Shown here: positions 9,411 through 18,285 of the stretch, piece by piece
How the letters are laid out: every line of letters starts with the position of its first letter
How positions within the stretch are numbered: the stretch's first letter is position 1
Assembly (NCBI GenBank): GCA_037387205.1
Contig: JARRLH010000007.1
Span: 1-54,296 of the forward strand
Source of the DNA: Desulfofustis sp.
GTDB lineage: Bacteria > Desulfobacterota > Desulfobulbia > Desulfobulbales > Desulfocapsaceae
Reading direction: 5' to 3'
Length of the DNA stretch: 54,296 nucleotides
Program-made: the position numbers and the translations under genes
Notes under the pieces: generated by a model
Databases searched by the model: none
The model's input: the letters and a program-made list of their open reading frames with translations, nothing else
What the model was told of the DNA's origin: nothing

Positions 9411-11402
9411 TCAGGCAGTCGTCGCCAACCGCTCTTCAAGTAGTTCGGCGACATCTTTTGGTTTGAGTCTCTCCTCCAGATCGGCTCCTTTGACACCGTC
9501 TTCGAACATGGTCATGCAGAAAGGACAGTTGGAGAGCAGCTCTGGGGCACCGGTGGCAGCGGCCATCTGCACCCGCCTGACATTGATTCGCTCACCGATG
9601 TTCTCATCGGCCATGATGCGGCCGCCGCCGGCGCTGCAGCAGAACCCCTCGGTTCGGTTCTTGTCCATCTCGACGATGGTGCCGCCGGCCGCCTTGATCA
9701 GATTGCGGGGCGCTTCGTAAATGTCGTTGTGCCGCCCCAGATAGCAGGAGTCGTGATAGGTGCAGGTAAACTCAGTGGGCGTGAGGGCGAGCTTTCCATC
9801 GCTGAGAAGCCCCTCGAGAAATACGGTGTGGGATTCCACCTCGAGGGTAAAATCGAAATCCCGGTAATCTTTGGCCAGGGTGTTGTAGCAGTGCGGACAG
9901 GTGGTCACCACCTTCTTGGCGCCGCTGGCCTGAAGTGTTTCCACATTCTCCATGGCCAGGCTCTGATAGAGATACTCGTTACCCATCTTGCGCATCGGCT
10001 CGCCACAACATTTTTCCTCCTTGCCGAGGATGCCCACCTTTACCCCTGCGGCCTGGCAGAGCTTCACGAAACTGTTGGCGATCCTGATATTTCGTTTATC
10101 GAAAGAACCGTAACAGCCGACGAAATAGATAACGTCAACCTCGGGATTTTCAGCAATGGTCTTGATACCCGACTCTTCGGCCCAATCCCCCCGCGACGCA
10201 TAGCCGCTGCCCAGAGGATTTCCGTTCACCTCGGTCGCCTCCATGGCGGTCATCACCTCATCACCGGGGAACTCACCTTCCATGAGCACCATTGACCGAC
10301 GCAGTTCTATGATTTTGGGCACATGCTCAATGGCCGCCGGACATACTTCCTGGCAGGCCCGGCAGGTGGTACAGGCCCAGAGCGCCTCTTTGGTGATTGT
10401 GTCGATGAGCGGCTCCTGTGGAGCAGCAAAGGCCGCTTCGGTGATTTGATTTACCACCTTCATGGGCGACAGCGGCTTGTCGGTGAGCCAGGCGGGGCAG
10501 CGGTCCTGGCAGCGCTTGCACAGGGTGCAGGCATCCCCGTCGTAGATGTCTTTCCAGCTCAGATCCTGGATTTCTGTGGCCCCGAATTTTTCCGCCTCCT
10601 CATCTTCCAGGTCAAGAGTTACCAGCTTTCCCTTGGGGCCGCGATCGGCAAAGATATAGTTGGCGGACGTAGTCAGGATGTGGCGGAACTTGGTGAACGG
10701 CACCAGCGCGAAAAAGCCAATGACCAGGAAGAAGTGCAACCACCAGGTAAGTTTATGCAGGGTCAGCAGACCAGGTTCGCCCACGGCGCCGAGCATTTTG
10801 GCGAAGGCAAGGCCGACCGGCGACCAGAGCGCCAGCGGGCTGCCCGTTTCAGTCACCGCCATACGGGCCCCCTCGACGACGAAGCCGGTGATCAGAATAA
10901 CGAACAGCAAGGCATGCATAATGGCGTCATCACTCCCGGTTTCCAGCCCTTCAGGCTTGAGCACGTAGCGTCTGACGAACAAGCCGATCAGCATGATCAG
11001 TGCTGTTAACCCGGCAAGATCAAGCGCCAGCGAGAAAAATTTATAGAACCCGCCCTGCAGAAATACCAATCCGAACAGCGGGTCGGTGAAATCGGCCTGA
11101 ATGAATACCAGGGTAGTGCCGATGACCAATACCAGAAAACCCCAGAAGAAGAGCCCATGCAGCAGGCCTGCTCCCCCGCCCCGGCGGACTTTGCTCTGCA
11201 ACAGGACATCTCTGAGCATGGCGCCGATCCGCGCGCCCGGATTGTCGAAGCGGTCGAGCTCTTTGCCTTGCCTGTACACCTTGCTGCGGGTGAGAAAAGA
11301 TCTGGCCACGAAGATCATCGCGCCGATGGCCAGGAGATACATCGGTACCAGTGTCAGCGGTCCGTGGCCTACATTCCAGTAGATTTCGCGGGTAAATTCC
11401 AT
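9411..11402 (-). CDS. Membrane-bound Fe-S oxidoreductase. It fuses an N-terminal multi-TM NarI/DsrM-like domain with an HdrD/DsrK-like domain (2x[4Fe-4S] plus two CCG domains), the type proposed as ETF:menaquinone oxidoreductase in syntrophic fatty-acid degraders.
   Basis: About 6 hydrophobic helices occupy the first 250 aa. Ferredoxin motifs CTLCKRCQDRCP and CTTCRACQEVCP follow, then CCG-type motifs (EEKCCGEP, TCPHC, GFCCSAGGG). An ATG at 11402 is preceded by GGAGGGAAGG; the track start at 11414 is a TTG. Confidence 0.75.
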   Translation of the reverse strand: MEFTREIYWNVGHGPLTLVPMYLLAIGAMIFVARSFLTRSKVYRQGKELDRFDNPGARIGAMLRDVLLQSKVRRGGGAGLLHGLFFWGFLVLVIGTTLVFIQADFTDPLFGLVFLQGGFYKFFSLALDLAGLTALIMLIGLFVRRYVLKPEGLETGSDDAIMHALLFVILITGFVVEGARMAVTETGSPLALWSPVGLAFAKMLGAVGEPGLLTLHKLTWWLHFFLVIGFFALVPFTKFRHILTTSANYIFADRGPKGKLVTLDLEDEEAEKFGATEIQDLSWKDIYDGDACTLCKRCQDRCPAWLTDKPLSPMKVVNQITEAAFAAPQEPLIDTITKEALWACTTCRACQEVCPAAIEHVPKIIELRRSMVLMEGEFPGDEVMTAMEATEVNGNPLGSGYASRGDWAEESGIKTIAENPEVDVIYFVGCYGSFDKRNIRIANSFVKLCQAAGVKVGILGKEEKCCGEPMRKMGNEYLYQSLAMENVETLQASGAKKVVTTCPHCYNTLAKDYRDFDFTLEVESHTVFLEGLLSDGKLALTPTEFTCTYHDSCYLGRHNDIYEAPRNLIKAAGGTIVEMDKNRTEGFCCSAGGGRIMADENIGERINVRRVQMAAATGAPELLSNCPFCMTMFEDGVKGADLEERLKPKDVAELLEERLATTA

Positions 11403-11456
11403 CCTTCCCTCCAATACCGGGTTTTCGTCCTGAGAGGTAGAGAACTGTTCTGACTC

Positions 11457-11485
11457 TTTATATACGGCATTAACGTTAAGGTCAA
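11457..11485 (-). promoter_or_regulatory. Candidate sigma70 promoter of the Fe-S oxidoreductase operon, with an imperfect palindrome CATTAACGTTAAGGT (11468-11482) in the spacer
   Basis: On the minus strand the region reads TTGACC, then 17 nt, then TATAAA. The spacer contains the 10-nt core ACGTTAAGGT, shared with the sites at 11597-11608 and 26657-26672. Confidence 0.45.
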
Positions 11486-11555
11486 GTCAAAAGATGCATG
11501 AGCCCGTCCCTTATTTATCCCTATTAACCATTGAAATAACATGTTATTTATTTAT

Positions 11556-11608
11556 TTGACAGAAAGCGTACGGGCATGCTAGTATCGACCTATAAATTAC
11601 GTAAAGGT
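11556..11608 (+). promoter_or_regulatory. Candidate promoter of the MerR-family gene (TTGACA, 18 nt, TAGTAT) followed by the operator-like site TTACGTAAAGGT (11597-11608)
   Basis: The -35 and -10 hexamers were read directly. The ACGTAAAGGT core lies just downstream of the predicted transcription start. Confidence 0.45.
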
Positions 11609-11687
11609 AAAATAAAAGAGAAGTACTCCCTGCCGCATCCTGCGCGCCGGCAGCCCCTTCGACGGTTTACAAACCAGGGACACTATC

Positions 11688-12089
11688 ATGAACAACGAGT
11701 CTGCAGAAGCCACCCAGATCGGGGCCCTTGCCAAACAGCTCAACATCACCACCAGGACCATCCGCTACTATGAAGAGATCGGCCTGATGGGCACCATCGA
11801 ACGCAGGGAAGGGGCGACCAGGAGCTACAGCAGGGACGATGTGCTGAGGCTCAAGTTCATCCTCAAGATGAAATCCCTGGGCATCAGTCTGAAAGAAATT
11901 CAGGAACTGTCTGACATCTTTGACATTAACGATCAGGATTTTGCGACCATAACCCCCAAATTGATCGAAATTCTTGACCATCACATCACCAGGCTGGACG
12001 AAAAAATGGTCAGCCTTTCCTCCCTGCGCCAGGATATCGTCGAATACCGTCAGCGCATCATGAACCTGCTCAACGAAGGCGGCGCCTGA
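11688..12089 (+). CDS. MerR-family transcriptional regulator (LiuR-like by context)
   Basis: The N-terminal wHTH reads IGALAKQLNITTRTIRYYEEIGL and is followed by a coiled-coil dimerisation helix. The gene is divergent from the Fe-S oxidoreductase operon. Confidence 0.8.
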   Translation: MNNESAEATQIGALAKQLNITTRTIRYYEEIGLMGTIERREGATRSYSRDDVLRLKFILKMKSLGISLKEIQELSDIFDINDQDFATITPKLIEILDHHITRLDEKMVSLSSLRQDIVEYRQRIMNLLNEGGA

Positions 12090-12242
12090 TGCCTTCAGCG
12101 CAGCCCTTTATTCACATGCAGCCGCCGGAAAGGTTCCAGGGCCGTTTCAGGTCGCCGCATATACTTGTCGAAAAAGTGTCTTTGCAGTAAACATGGGAAA
12201 GGTACCAGTTCCCTTCCCTGCCATTCAACCTGGGAGTTCGTC

Positions 12243-12623
12243 ATGGAATTCTGTACTGCGGTAAACTGTATGGACGGCCGCGTCCAAATCCCGGTCATCT
12301 CTTATCTAACAGAACGTTTCAAGGTCGACTACGTGGATGTGGTGTCCGAAGCCGGACCCAACAGAATCCTGGCCGAAGGTCTTGACGATCAATTACTGGA
12401 ATCGATCTGGGCACGTGTTGAAATTTCAATTTCTCAATACGATTCCAATGGTGTTGCAGTTATCGGTCACCACGACTGTGCCGGCAATCCGGTCGGGGAG
12501 TCGGAACAGCGACTCCACACCGCCGCCGCGGTGCGACGTGTGCGTGACCGGTTTGCATCCGTTCCGGTTATCGGCCTTTGGGTCGACCATAACTGGGAGG
12601 TGTCCGAACTCCCGCTCGAGTAA
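12243..12623 (+). CDS. Small protein with beta-carbonic-anhydrase-like zinc motifs (CxDxR ... HxxC); function unknown
   Basis: The motifs NCMDGRVQ and VIGHHDCAGN reproduce the beta-CA metal-ligand pattern, yet the protein is only ~126 aa. The start is placed at the internal ATG (MEFCTAV). Confidence 0.45.
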   Translation: MEFCTAVNCMDGRVQIPVISYLTERFKVDYVDVVSEAGPNRILAEGLDDQLLESIWARVEISISQYDSNGVAVIGHHDCAGNPVGESEQRLHTAAAVRRVRDRFASVPVIGLWVDHNWEVSELPLE

Positions 12624-12732
12624 GCGAGACAACAAGGCCGCTTGACGGCATTGCCCGACCAATTGCGGCTGTTGCCTCAGGTAGATAAATTTGCAGATCG
12701 GGTTGTCACATCCATTTCTTCAGAGGTTTACC

Positions 12733-13731
12733 ATGCAAAAGCTCCGAATAGGCGTGCTCAGCACTGCCAAGATTGGTACAGAAAAGGTTATCCCAGCCAT
12801 GCAGCAGGGCCGGCTCACCGAGGTAACCGCGATCAGCTCCCGGTCGGCCGGCAAAGCCCGGGCAGCGGCAGAAGCGCTGGGCATCGAAAAACATTATGGC
12901 TCCTACGAGGAAATGCTTGCCGACCCCGAGATCGATGCCGTCTACAACCCGCTGCCCAACCACCTGCATTGCCCGTGGAGCAAAAAGGCCATGCAGGCCG
13001 GAAAACATGTGCTCTGTGAAAAACCGCTCGGCCTCACCGTGGATGAGATAGAAGATCTCATCAGAACCCGCGACGAGTGTCAGGTGAAAGCGGCGGAAGC
13101 CTACATGGTCAAATCATGCCCCCAGTGGATCGATGCCAGGAAACGGGTGCGCGGCGGAGAGATCGGTGAACTGAGGATGATTCAGGCCTTTTTTTCCTAC
13201 GACAACCGGGACCCGGAGAACATCCGCAACATCGTCGAAGTCGGAGGCGGCGCCATGTGGGATATCGGCTGCTATCCGGTGCTGGTTTCCCGCTATCTCT
13301 ACGAAAGCGAACCTCTGCGAACCGCGGCAGCCATTGATTTCGACCCGGTCATGAAGACTGATCGCCTGACCAGCGTCATCCTCGAATTCGACCGGGGCCA
13401 GGCAATCTTCGGGGTCTCCACCCAGCTGGTGCCCTATCAGCGGGTGCAGCTGCTCGGCTCCAGAGGCCACCTCGAAGTGGTCATCCCCTTCAACGCCCCC
13501 AATGATCGCCCCTGCTTACTGCGCTGGGACAGCGGAACTCTGGTGGAAGAAGAAATCGTCAGTCATTCATTCGAGGTCATGGATCAATACACCCTGCAGG
13601 GCGACGACTTTGCCCGGGCGGTGCTCGAGGGAGCAGAAATAAAATCTTCGCTGGAGGACGGCTTGGCCAACACCAGGGTAATCAAGGCGATTTTCACCGC
13701 CGCCGCAGAACAGCGCTGGGTGAGTATTTGA
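12733..13731 (+). CDS. Gfo/Idh/MocA family NAD(P)-dependent oxidoreductase
   Basis: The N-terminal Rossmann segment is RIGVLSTAKIGTEKVIPA, and the family EKP motif is present as LCEKPLG. The start is placed at MQKLRIGV. Confidence 0.75.
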   Translation: MQKLRIGVLSTAKIGTEKVIPAMQQGRLTEVTAISSRSAGKARAAAEALGIEKHYGSYEEMLADPEIDAVYNPLPNHLHCPWSKKAMQAGKHVLCEKPLGLTVDEIEDLIRTRDECQVKAAEAYMVKSCPQWIDARKRVRGGEIGELRMIQAFFSYDNRDPENIRNIVEVGGGAMWDIGCYPVLVSRYLYESEPLRTAAAIDFDPVMKTDRLTSVILEFDRGQAIFGVSTQLVPYQRVQLLGSRGHLEVVIPFNAPNDRPCLLRWDSGTLVEEEIVSHSFEVMDQYTLQGDDFARAVLEGAEIKSSLEDGLANTRVIKAIFTAAAEQRWVSI

Positions 13732-13839
13732 GGATTTCTGGAGACGGCAGGATCGGAGTTGAACCTGGCCGGCAGAGGAGCCCAGGCTGCCCCGAATCTT
13801 CTCAGCCGGCCATGGCCGCCCGCTCCCCATCCGAACCTA

Positions 13840-14955
13840 CTAAAGTTCAGGGATCTCAAGGCCGAGCGGCACCAGGACAGCATCGTTGAACTCTTGCTGT
13901 ACCGCTTTGTCGGTCTGGCCCTCTGCCCTTTCGGCGATATCCATGATCTTTGCGGCCACTCTCTGGGTGCGCTTTCGGCAGTCGATCCGGGCCTGCTCCA
14001 GACCATCCCAGTTCTTGTGCTCGACAAATCCTTTCCAGGCTAGGCCAAGTTCCGGGAACAGTTCCTGCCTGAGTCCGTCCACAAAAGAGACAAAGAGAGC
14101 GAGGGTCGATTCTTTTCGCACTTTGACCAGATGGGCGAGCACGCCGCGGGGATGGGTGTCGGCCAGCACATCCCTGACCGCCCTGCTGACAAATTCAATC
14201 ACCGAGCCGGGGAAGCGGCCGATCAGTCTCCGCTGTGTCTTACTATCCAGGGAGTCTTCAAGCAATTCGCCAATTTCATGGTAGATGAATAGATAACGCT
14301 CATTCACCGCGATCTGGTCGAGGACCGCGGACAACTTCTGCTGATCGAGCTCACCGCCCGCCAGGAGCCCGTAACTGTTCAGAAAATAGCGATAGGAACT
14401 GCGGCATGACGAGCGCAGTTCCTGAATGTGATCGTAGAGAAAATAGCGCAACGGTTCGGTGCGCACGAGGACCTGTCCCTCCTGCACCATGGCAAGCGGG
14501 CTCGCCATTTCCCGGGCATGCTCCCTGCCGAGCAAGAGCACGGGACAATCCTCCAAGCTCAGGTGGTCGACTACCTCGGCCAGGAAGAAGATGGCTTTCA
14601 TCGATCTGCCGTGACCGGCGCCATAGATATAAGGCCGGGCACCATTATTGCCGTTGACCGCGTTGACGTCGTCGACCGGGCATGTTCGGCCATTCAGAGT
14701 GAGCGGCCGGAACTCTTGTTGAGCGATCTCCTCCCAGTAGGATTCCCTTGCCTCTATCCAGTCGAGAAGCTCGGCCGCTTCCGGCTCACTCCAGGGCTGC
14801 AGGCCCTTTTCCCATTTATAGAGATTACGCAGCTTGAGAACCAAGGAACACATGGAGTAGATGCCGTGGTCCCTGGCATCGGAGATATCGCAATTGTACT
14901 GGACCTCTTTTATCAACTGCTCGTCTGGCACTAAGTTTTTAATTGGCAGGTTCAT
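13840..14955 (-). CDS. Conserved hypothetical protein (no domain I can name)
   Basis: This is a long ORF with normal composition. The start is placed at MNLPIKN. It is divergent from the ATL gene. Confidence 0.55.
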   Translation of the reverse strand: MNLPIKNLVPDEQLIKEVQYNCDISDARDHGIYSMCSLVLKLRNLYKWEKGLQPWSEPEAAELLDWIEARESYWEEIAQQEFRPLTLNGRTCPVDDVNAVNGNNGARPYIYGAGHGRSMKAIFFLAEVVDHLSLEDCPVLLLGREHAREMASPLAMVQEGQVLVRTEPLRYFLYDHIQELRSSCRSSYRYFLNSYGLLAGGELDQQKLSAVLDQIAVNERYLFIYHEIGELLEDSLDSKTQRRLIGRFPGSVIEFVSRAVRDVLADTHPRGVLAHLVKVRKESTLALFVSFVDGLRQELFPELGLAWKGFVEHKNWDGLEQARIDCRKRTQRVAAKIMDIAERAEGQTDKAVQQEFNDAVLVPLGLEIPEL

Positions 14956-15019
14956 AGGTAGACAATTTTCCTTTTTGAAAGCAGACAAATAAGATAGTCT
15001 CCGATATAGGATATACATC

Positions 15020-15325
15020 ATGGACCCCTTTACCAGACGAGCCATCGAGATCATCGCCAGAATCCCGCCCGGCAAGGTGACCACCTATCTGATTGTGGCC
15101 ACGGCGGCCGGCAACCATTGCGGTGCCAGACAGGTCGCCAGGATATTGCATTCGAGTTCCGCAAAATACACGCTTCCCTGGCACCGCGTGGTCAATCAGC
15201 AGCGGAGGATTTCTCCGCGGGCCTCGATGAGCCACCTGAACCAGCAGCAGTTGCTCGAGGAAGAGGGAGTGGTCCTGGACGGCAACGGCACCATCGATTT
15301 CGACCGCTACCTCTGGCTGCCCTGA
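15020..15325 (+). CDS. Alkyltransferase-like protein (MGMT DNA-binding domain without the catalytic Cys; YbaZ/ATL type)
   Basis: At 101 aa it contains PWHRVV where O6-alkylguanine transferases have PCHRV. Confidence 0.7.
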   Translation: MDPFTRRAIEIIARIPPGKVTTYLIVATAAGNHCGARQVARILHSSSAKYTLPWHRVVNQQRRISPRASMSHLNQQQLLEEEGVVLDGNGTIDFDRYLWLP

Positions 15326-15461
15326 GCGGCTCAGCCGGCAGGCCGCTGGGCCAGCCTTGGGCGGACTCGGGAGCGCCCTATTTCGACCTGGCCAGGGCCG
15401 TTAAAATATGCAATAGTGAGCCTCATAACCGAATCAAGGATCAGCAACAAGGGAGAGCATC

Positions 15462-16451
15462 ATGCCGGAAACATTCAAAGCCTATCAGATCAGCAAAGAT
15501 GAGGATGGTCAGAAACTGAGTTTCACCGAATTGACGGAAGACGATCTCATGGACGGCGACGTGACCGTCAAAGTCGAATATTCCACCTTGAATTACAAAG
15601 ACGGTCTGGCCCTGACCGGCCGCGCACCGGTGGTCAGGCGCTTCCCGTTGACCCCGGGCATCGACTTCGCCGGTAGGGTCATCGAGTCGAGCAACCCGAG
15701 ATTCAAAGCCAACGACGAGGTCATACTCAACGGCTTTGGCGTCGGCGAGGTCCACAGCGGCGGCTATGCTGAAATCGCCAGGGTCAGCGGTGACTGGCTC
15801 GTGTCCAAGCCCGAAGGTTTAAGCGCCAGGCAGGCGATGGCAGTGGGGACGGCAGGCTACACCGCCATGCTCTGCGTGCTCGCCTTGGAAAAACACGGCC
15901 TCGAGGCGGGTGATGGAACGATTTTGGTTACCGGTGCTGCCGGCGGAGTAGGCAGCGTTGCCCTGCTGCTGCTGAGCAAGCTCGGATACCAGGTGACCGC
16001 CGTCACCGGCCGCCCCGAAGAGGCGGATTATCTACGCTCACTGGGAGCCGCAGAAATACTTGACCGCCAACCGTTTGCAGAAAAGGCCCGGCCCCTTGGT
16101 AAAGAGCTCTGGGCCGGAGCCGTGGATGTGGCCGGCGGCAACACCCTCGCCAACGTCATTAGTCAGACAAAGTACGGGGGTGCGGTTGCCGCCTGCGGAC
16201 TGGCCGATTCGATGGCCCTGCCGACTTCGGTGGCACCTTTTATTCTGCGCGGCGTCACGCTCTACGGTATCGACTCGGTAATGGCCTCGCTTGCAGTTCG
16301 TGAGCAGGCCTGGCAGCGCCTGGTCAGCGATCTCGACCTGGAACGGCTGGATCGCCTGGTCAAGGAGATTTCACTGGCGGACCTGCCGGAGGCGGCCGCG
16401 GCGATCATGGCCGGTTCGGTGCGGGGACGCACGGTGGTGAAAATCAGCTGA
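15462..16451 (+). CDS. YhdH/AcuI-family MDR oxidoreductase (acrylyl-CoA reductase-like)
   Basis: Similarity to the YhdH pattern is near end to end: SLNYKDGLA, PGIDFAG, GTAGYTAMLCV, VTGAAGGVGS. Confidence 0.8.
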   Translation: MPETFKAYQISKDEDGQKLSFTELTEDDLMDGDVTVKVEYSTLNYKDGLALTGRAPVVRRFPLTPGIDFAGRVIESSNPRFKANDEVILNGFGVGEVHSGGYAEIARVSGDWLVSKPEGLSARQAMAVGTAGYTAMLCVLALEKHGLEAGDGTILVTGAAGGVGSVALLLLSKLGYQVTAVTGRPEEADYLRSLGAAEILDRQPFAEKARPLGKELWAGAVDVAGGNTLANVISQTKYGGAVAACGLADSMALPTSVAPFILRGVTLYGIDSVMASLAVREQAWQRLVSDLDLERLDRLVKEISLADLPEAAAAIMAGSVRGRTVVKIS

Positions 16452-16459
16452 ACAGCCTG

Positions 16460-17296
16460 TTAAAAATTGAATATATCTTCACGAACGTGATCCAGGGCCG
16501 GGAATCTGGCCCTGACCCGCTGCACTGAGTGCAGATCGATTTCGGCCGTCACATTGACCGCCCCGTCCGGGGCCTGGGCAACCACCAGGCCCCAGGGGTT
16601 GACCACCATGCTTCTTCCGAAGCAGAGATGATCGGGCGGCGCCTCGCCCCACTGACCGACACCGACCACCCAGCACAGGTTTTCTATGGCCCGGGCCCGC
16701 ACCAGAACCTCCCAGTGGTCCCTGCCGGTCTGCATGGTAAAGGCAGCGGGCAGCAGAATGACATTGGCGCCCTTCTGGACAAGCCTTCTGAACAACTCCG
16801 GAAAACGCAGGTCGTAGCAGGTGGCCAGACCAAAATTGAACTCACCGATGGAGAACTGGACGGTCTCCAGGCCCGGGCTGATCACCGCTGATTCCAGATA
16901 TTTTTTGCCCCCGGGTATCTCCACATCAAACAGGTGGAGTTTTCGATATCTGGCTACCAGTTCGCCGTCCGGACCGAAGACCACCGCACAATTGTAGATG
17001 CTCTTCCCAGCCCTCTCCAGATAGCTGCCTATATGGATATGGCAGCCAAGATCGGCGGCCCGGGTCCTGAGCGTGTCGAGATAGGGTGAGTTGTCGATGG
17101 CTCGGGCCTGCTCCCCTTTGCTGCTGTCCGGTCCGATAAAATCGGCATGTTCGGGCAAGACAATCAGCTCCGCTCCCCGGTCCGCCAGTTCAGTGATCGC
17201 CTCCAGGGCCGCCTGCAGATTGTCCGGGGGGGAATCGCCGCTGTTGAGCTGGGCCATGCCGATGGTGAGGGTCGCGTTCTTCGGTTCAACTGCCAT
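16460..17296 (-). CDS. Carbon-nitrogen hydrolase (nitrilase superfamily)
   Basis: The Glu-Lys-Cys triad context is present (LIVLPEH, ..RYRKLHLF.., ATCYDLRFPE). Confidence 0.75.
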   Translation of the reverse strand: MAVEPKNATLTIGMAQLNSGDSPPDNLQAALEAITELADRGAELIVLPEHADFIGPDSSKGEQARAIDNSPYLDTLRTRAADLGCHIHIGSYLERAGKSIYNCAVVFGPDGELVARYRKLHLFDVEIPGGKKYLESAVISPGLETVQFSIGEFNFGLATCYDLRFPELFRRLVQKGANVILLPAAFTMQTGRDHWEVLVRARAIENLCWVVGVGQWGEAPPDHLCFGRSMVVNPWGLVVAQAPDGAVNVTAEIDLHSVQRVRARFPALDHVREDIFNF

Positions 17297-17445
17297 TGTC
17301 CTGTTCTCCGGGCAACTATTGTTTATTTCCGGGGTGCTTCCGGTTTCCCTTTATTTTGAAAAATTTAGTGGTATAACAGAGCCGTGTAGATTTTCCAGCC
17401 GCTCATACCAGATGGGCAATCAATAGCTTACTCAAAAAATTTACA

Positions 17446-18141
17446 ATGCTCGGCACCATTGTCAACGTCATCGCCATCATCTGCGGCAGTCTGCTCGGAC
17501 TGCTGTTCAGAAAAGGGCTCCCCGACAATTACAAAGAAATCATCATGAGCGGCATCGGGCTTTCGGTGATCCTTATCGGGGTTAAAAGCGCTCTCAGTTC
17601 CGACCAGTTGCTGATCGTCATACTGTCGGTGATAATAGGTGCAGCCCTGGGTGAGTTCTTGAGAATCGAGGCCAAGCTCGAATCACTGGGCAGCTATCTT
17701 GAGCACCGGCTGGCCGGCAGATCGGGCGACAGCTCCTCCTTCACCCGGGGCTTCGTGACCGCCAGCCTGGTATTCTGCGTCGGTTCCATGGCCATTGTCG
17801 GTTCGCTTGAAAGCGGGCTCACCGGCAACCACCAGACCTTGTACGCTAAATCAATCCTGGACGGCGTCACCTCCATTATTTTCGCCTCCACCCTGGGTAT
17901 CGGGGTCCTGTTCTCAGGGGCTGCGGTATTTTTCTACCAGGGAGCCATCACCATGACCGCGGTGTTCATGAAGAACTTTCTGGTTGCCGAGACGATTTCC
18001 CAGATGACCTCGGTCGGCGGTCTGCTTATTCTCGCCATCGGGCTCAACCTGCTGGGAATCACCAAAATCAGGGTGGGCAACCTGCTGCCCGGTATTTTCC
18101 TGCCGCTGCTCTACTTCGCCTTTACCGGTCTTGTGCCCTGA
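17446..18141 (+). CDS. DUF554 family integral membrane protein (YdfK/YqgA-like)
   Basis: The N-terminus is MLGTIVNVIAIICGSLLG, the profile is multi-TM, and length is 231 aa. Confidence 0.7.
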   Translation: MLGTIVNVIAIICGSLLGLLFRKGLPDNYKEIIMSGIGLSVILIGVKSALSSDQLLIVILSVIIGAALGEFLRIEAKLESLGSYLEHRLAGRSGDSSSFTRGFVTASLVFCVGSMAIVGSLESGLTGNHQTLYAKSILDGVTSIIFASTLGIGVLFSGAAVFFYQGAITMTAVFMKNFLVAETISQMTSVGGLLILAIGLNLLGITKIRVGNLLPGIFLPLLYFAFTGLVP

Positions 18142-18285
18142 TTCCGCATACCCCGCTCCGCTTTTCTCAGGGTTGTCTTCTTCGCCGTCTCCGGCACGCA
18201 GGGGGTGTTGCGCATTTTTTCCTTGAGAATCCGCTCGCAAAGATCGCGCTTACGGCCGGCGGCAGAGGGCTGACAGGCGCAGGGC

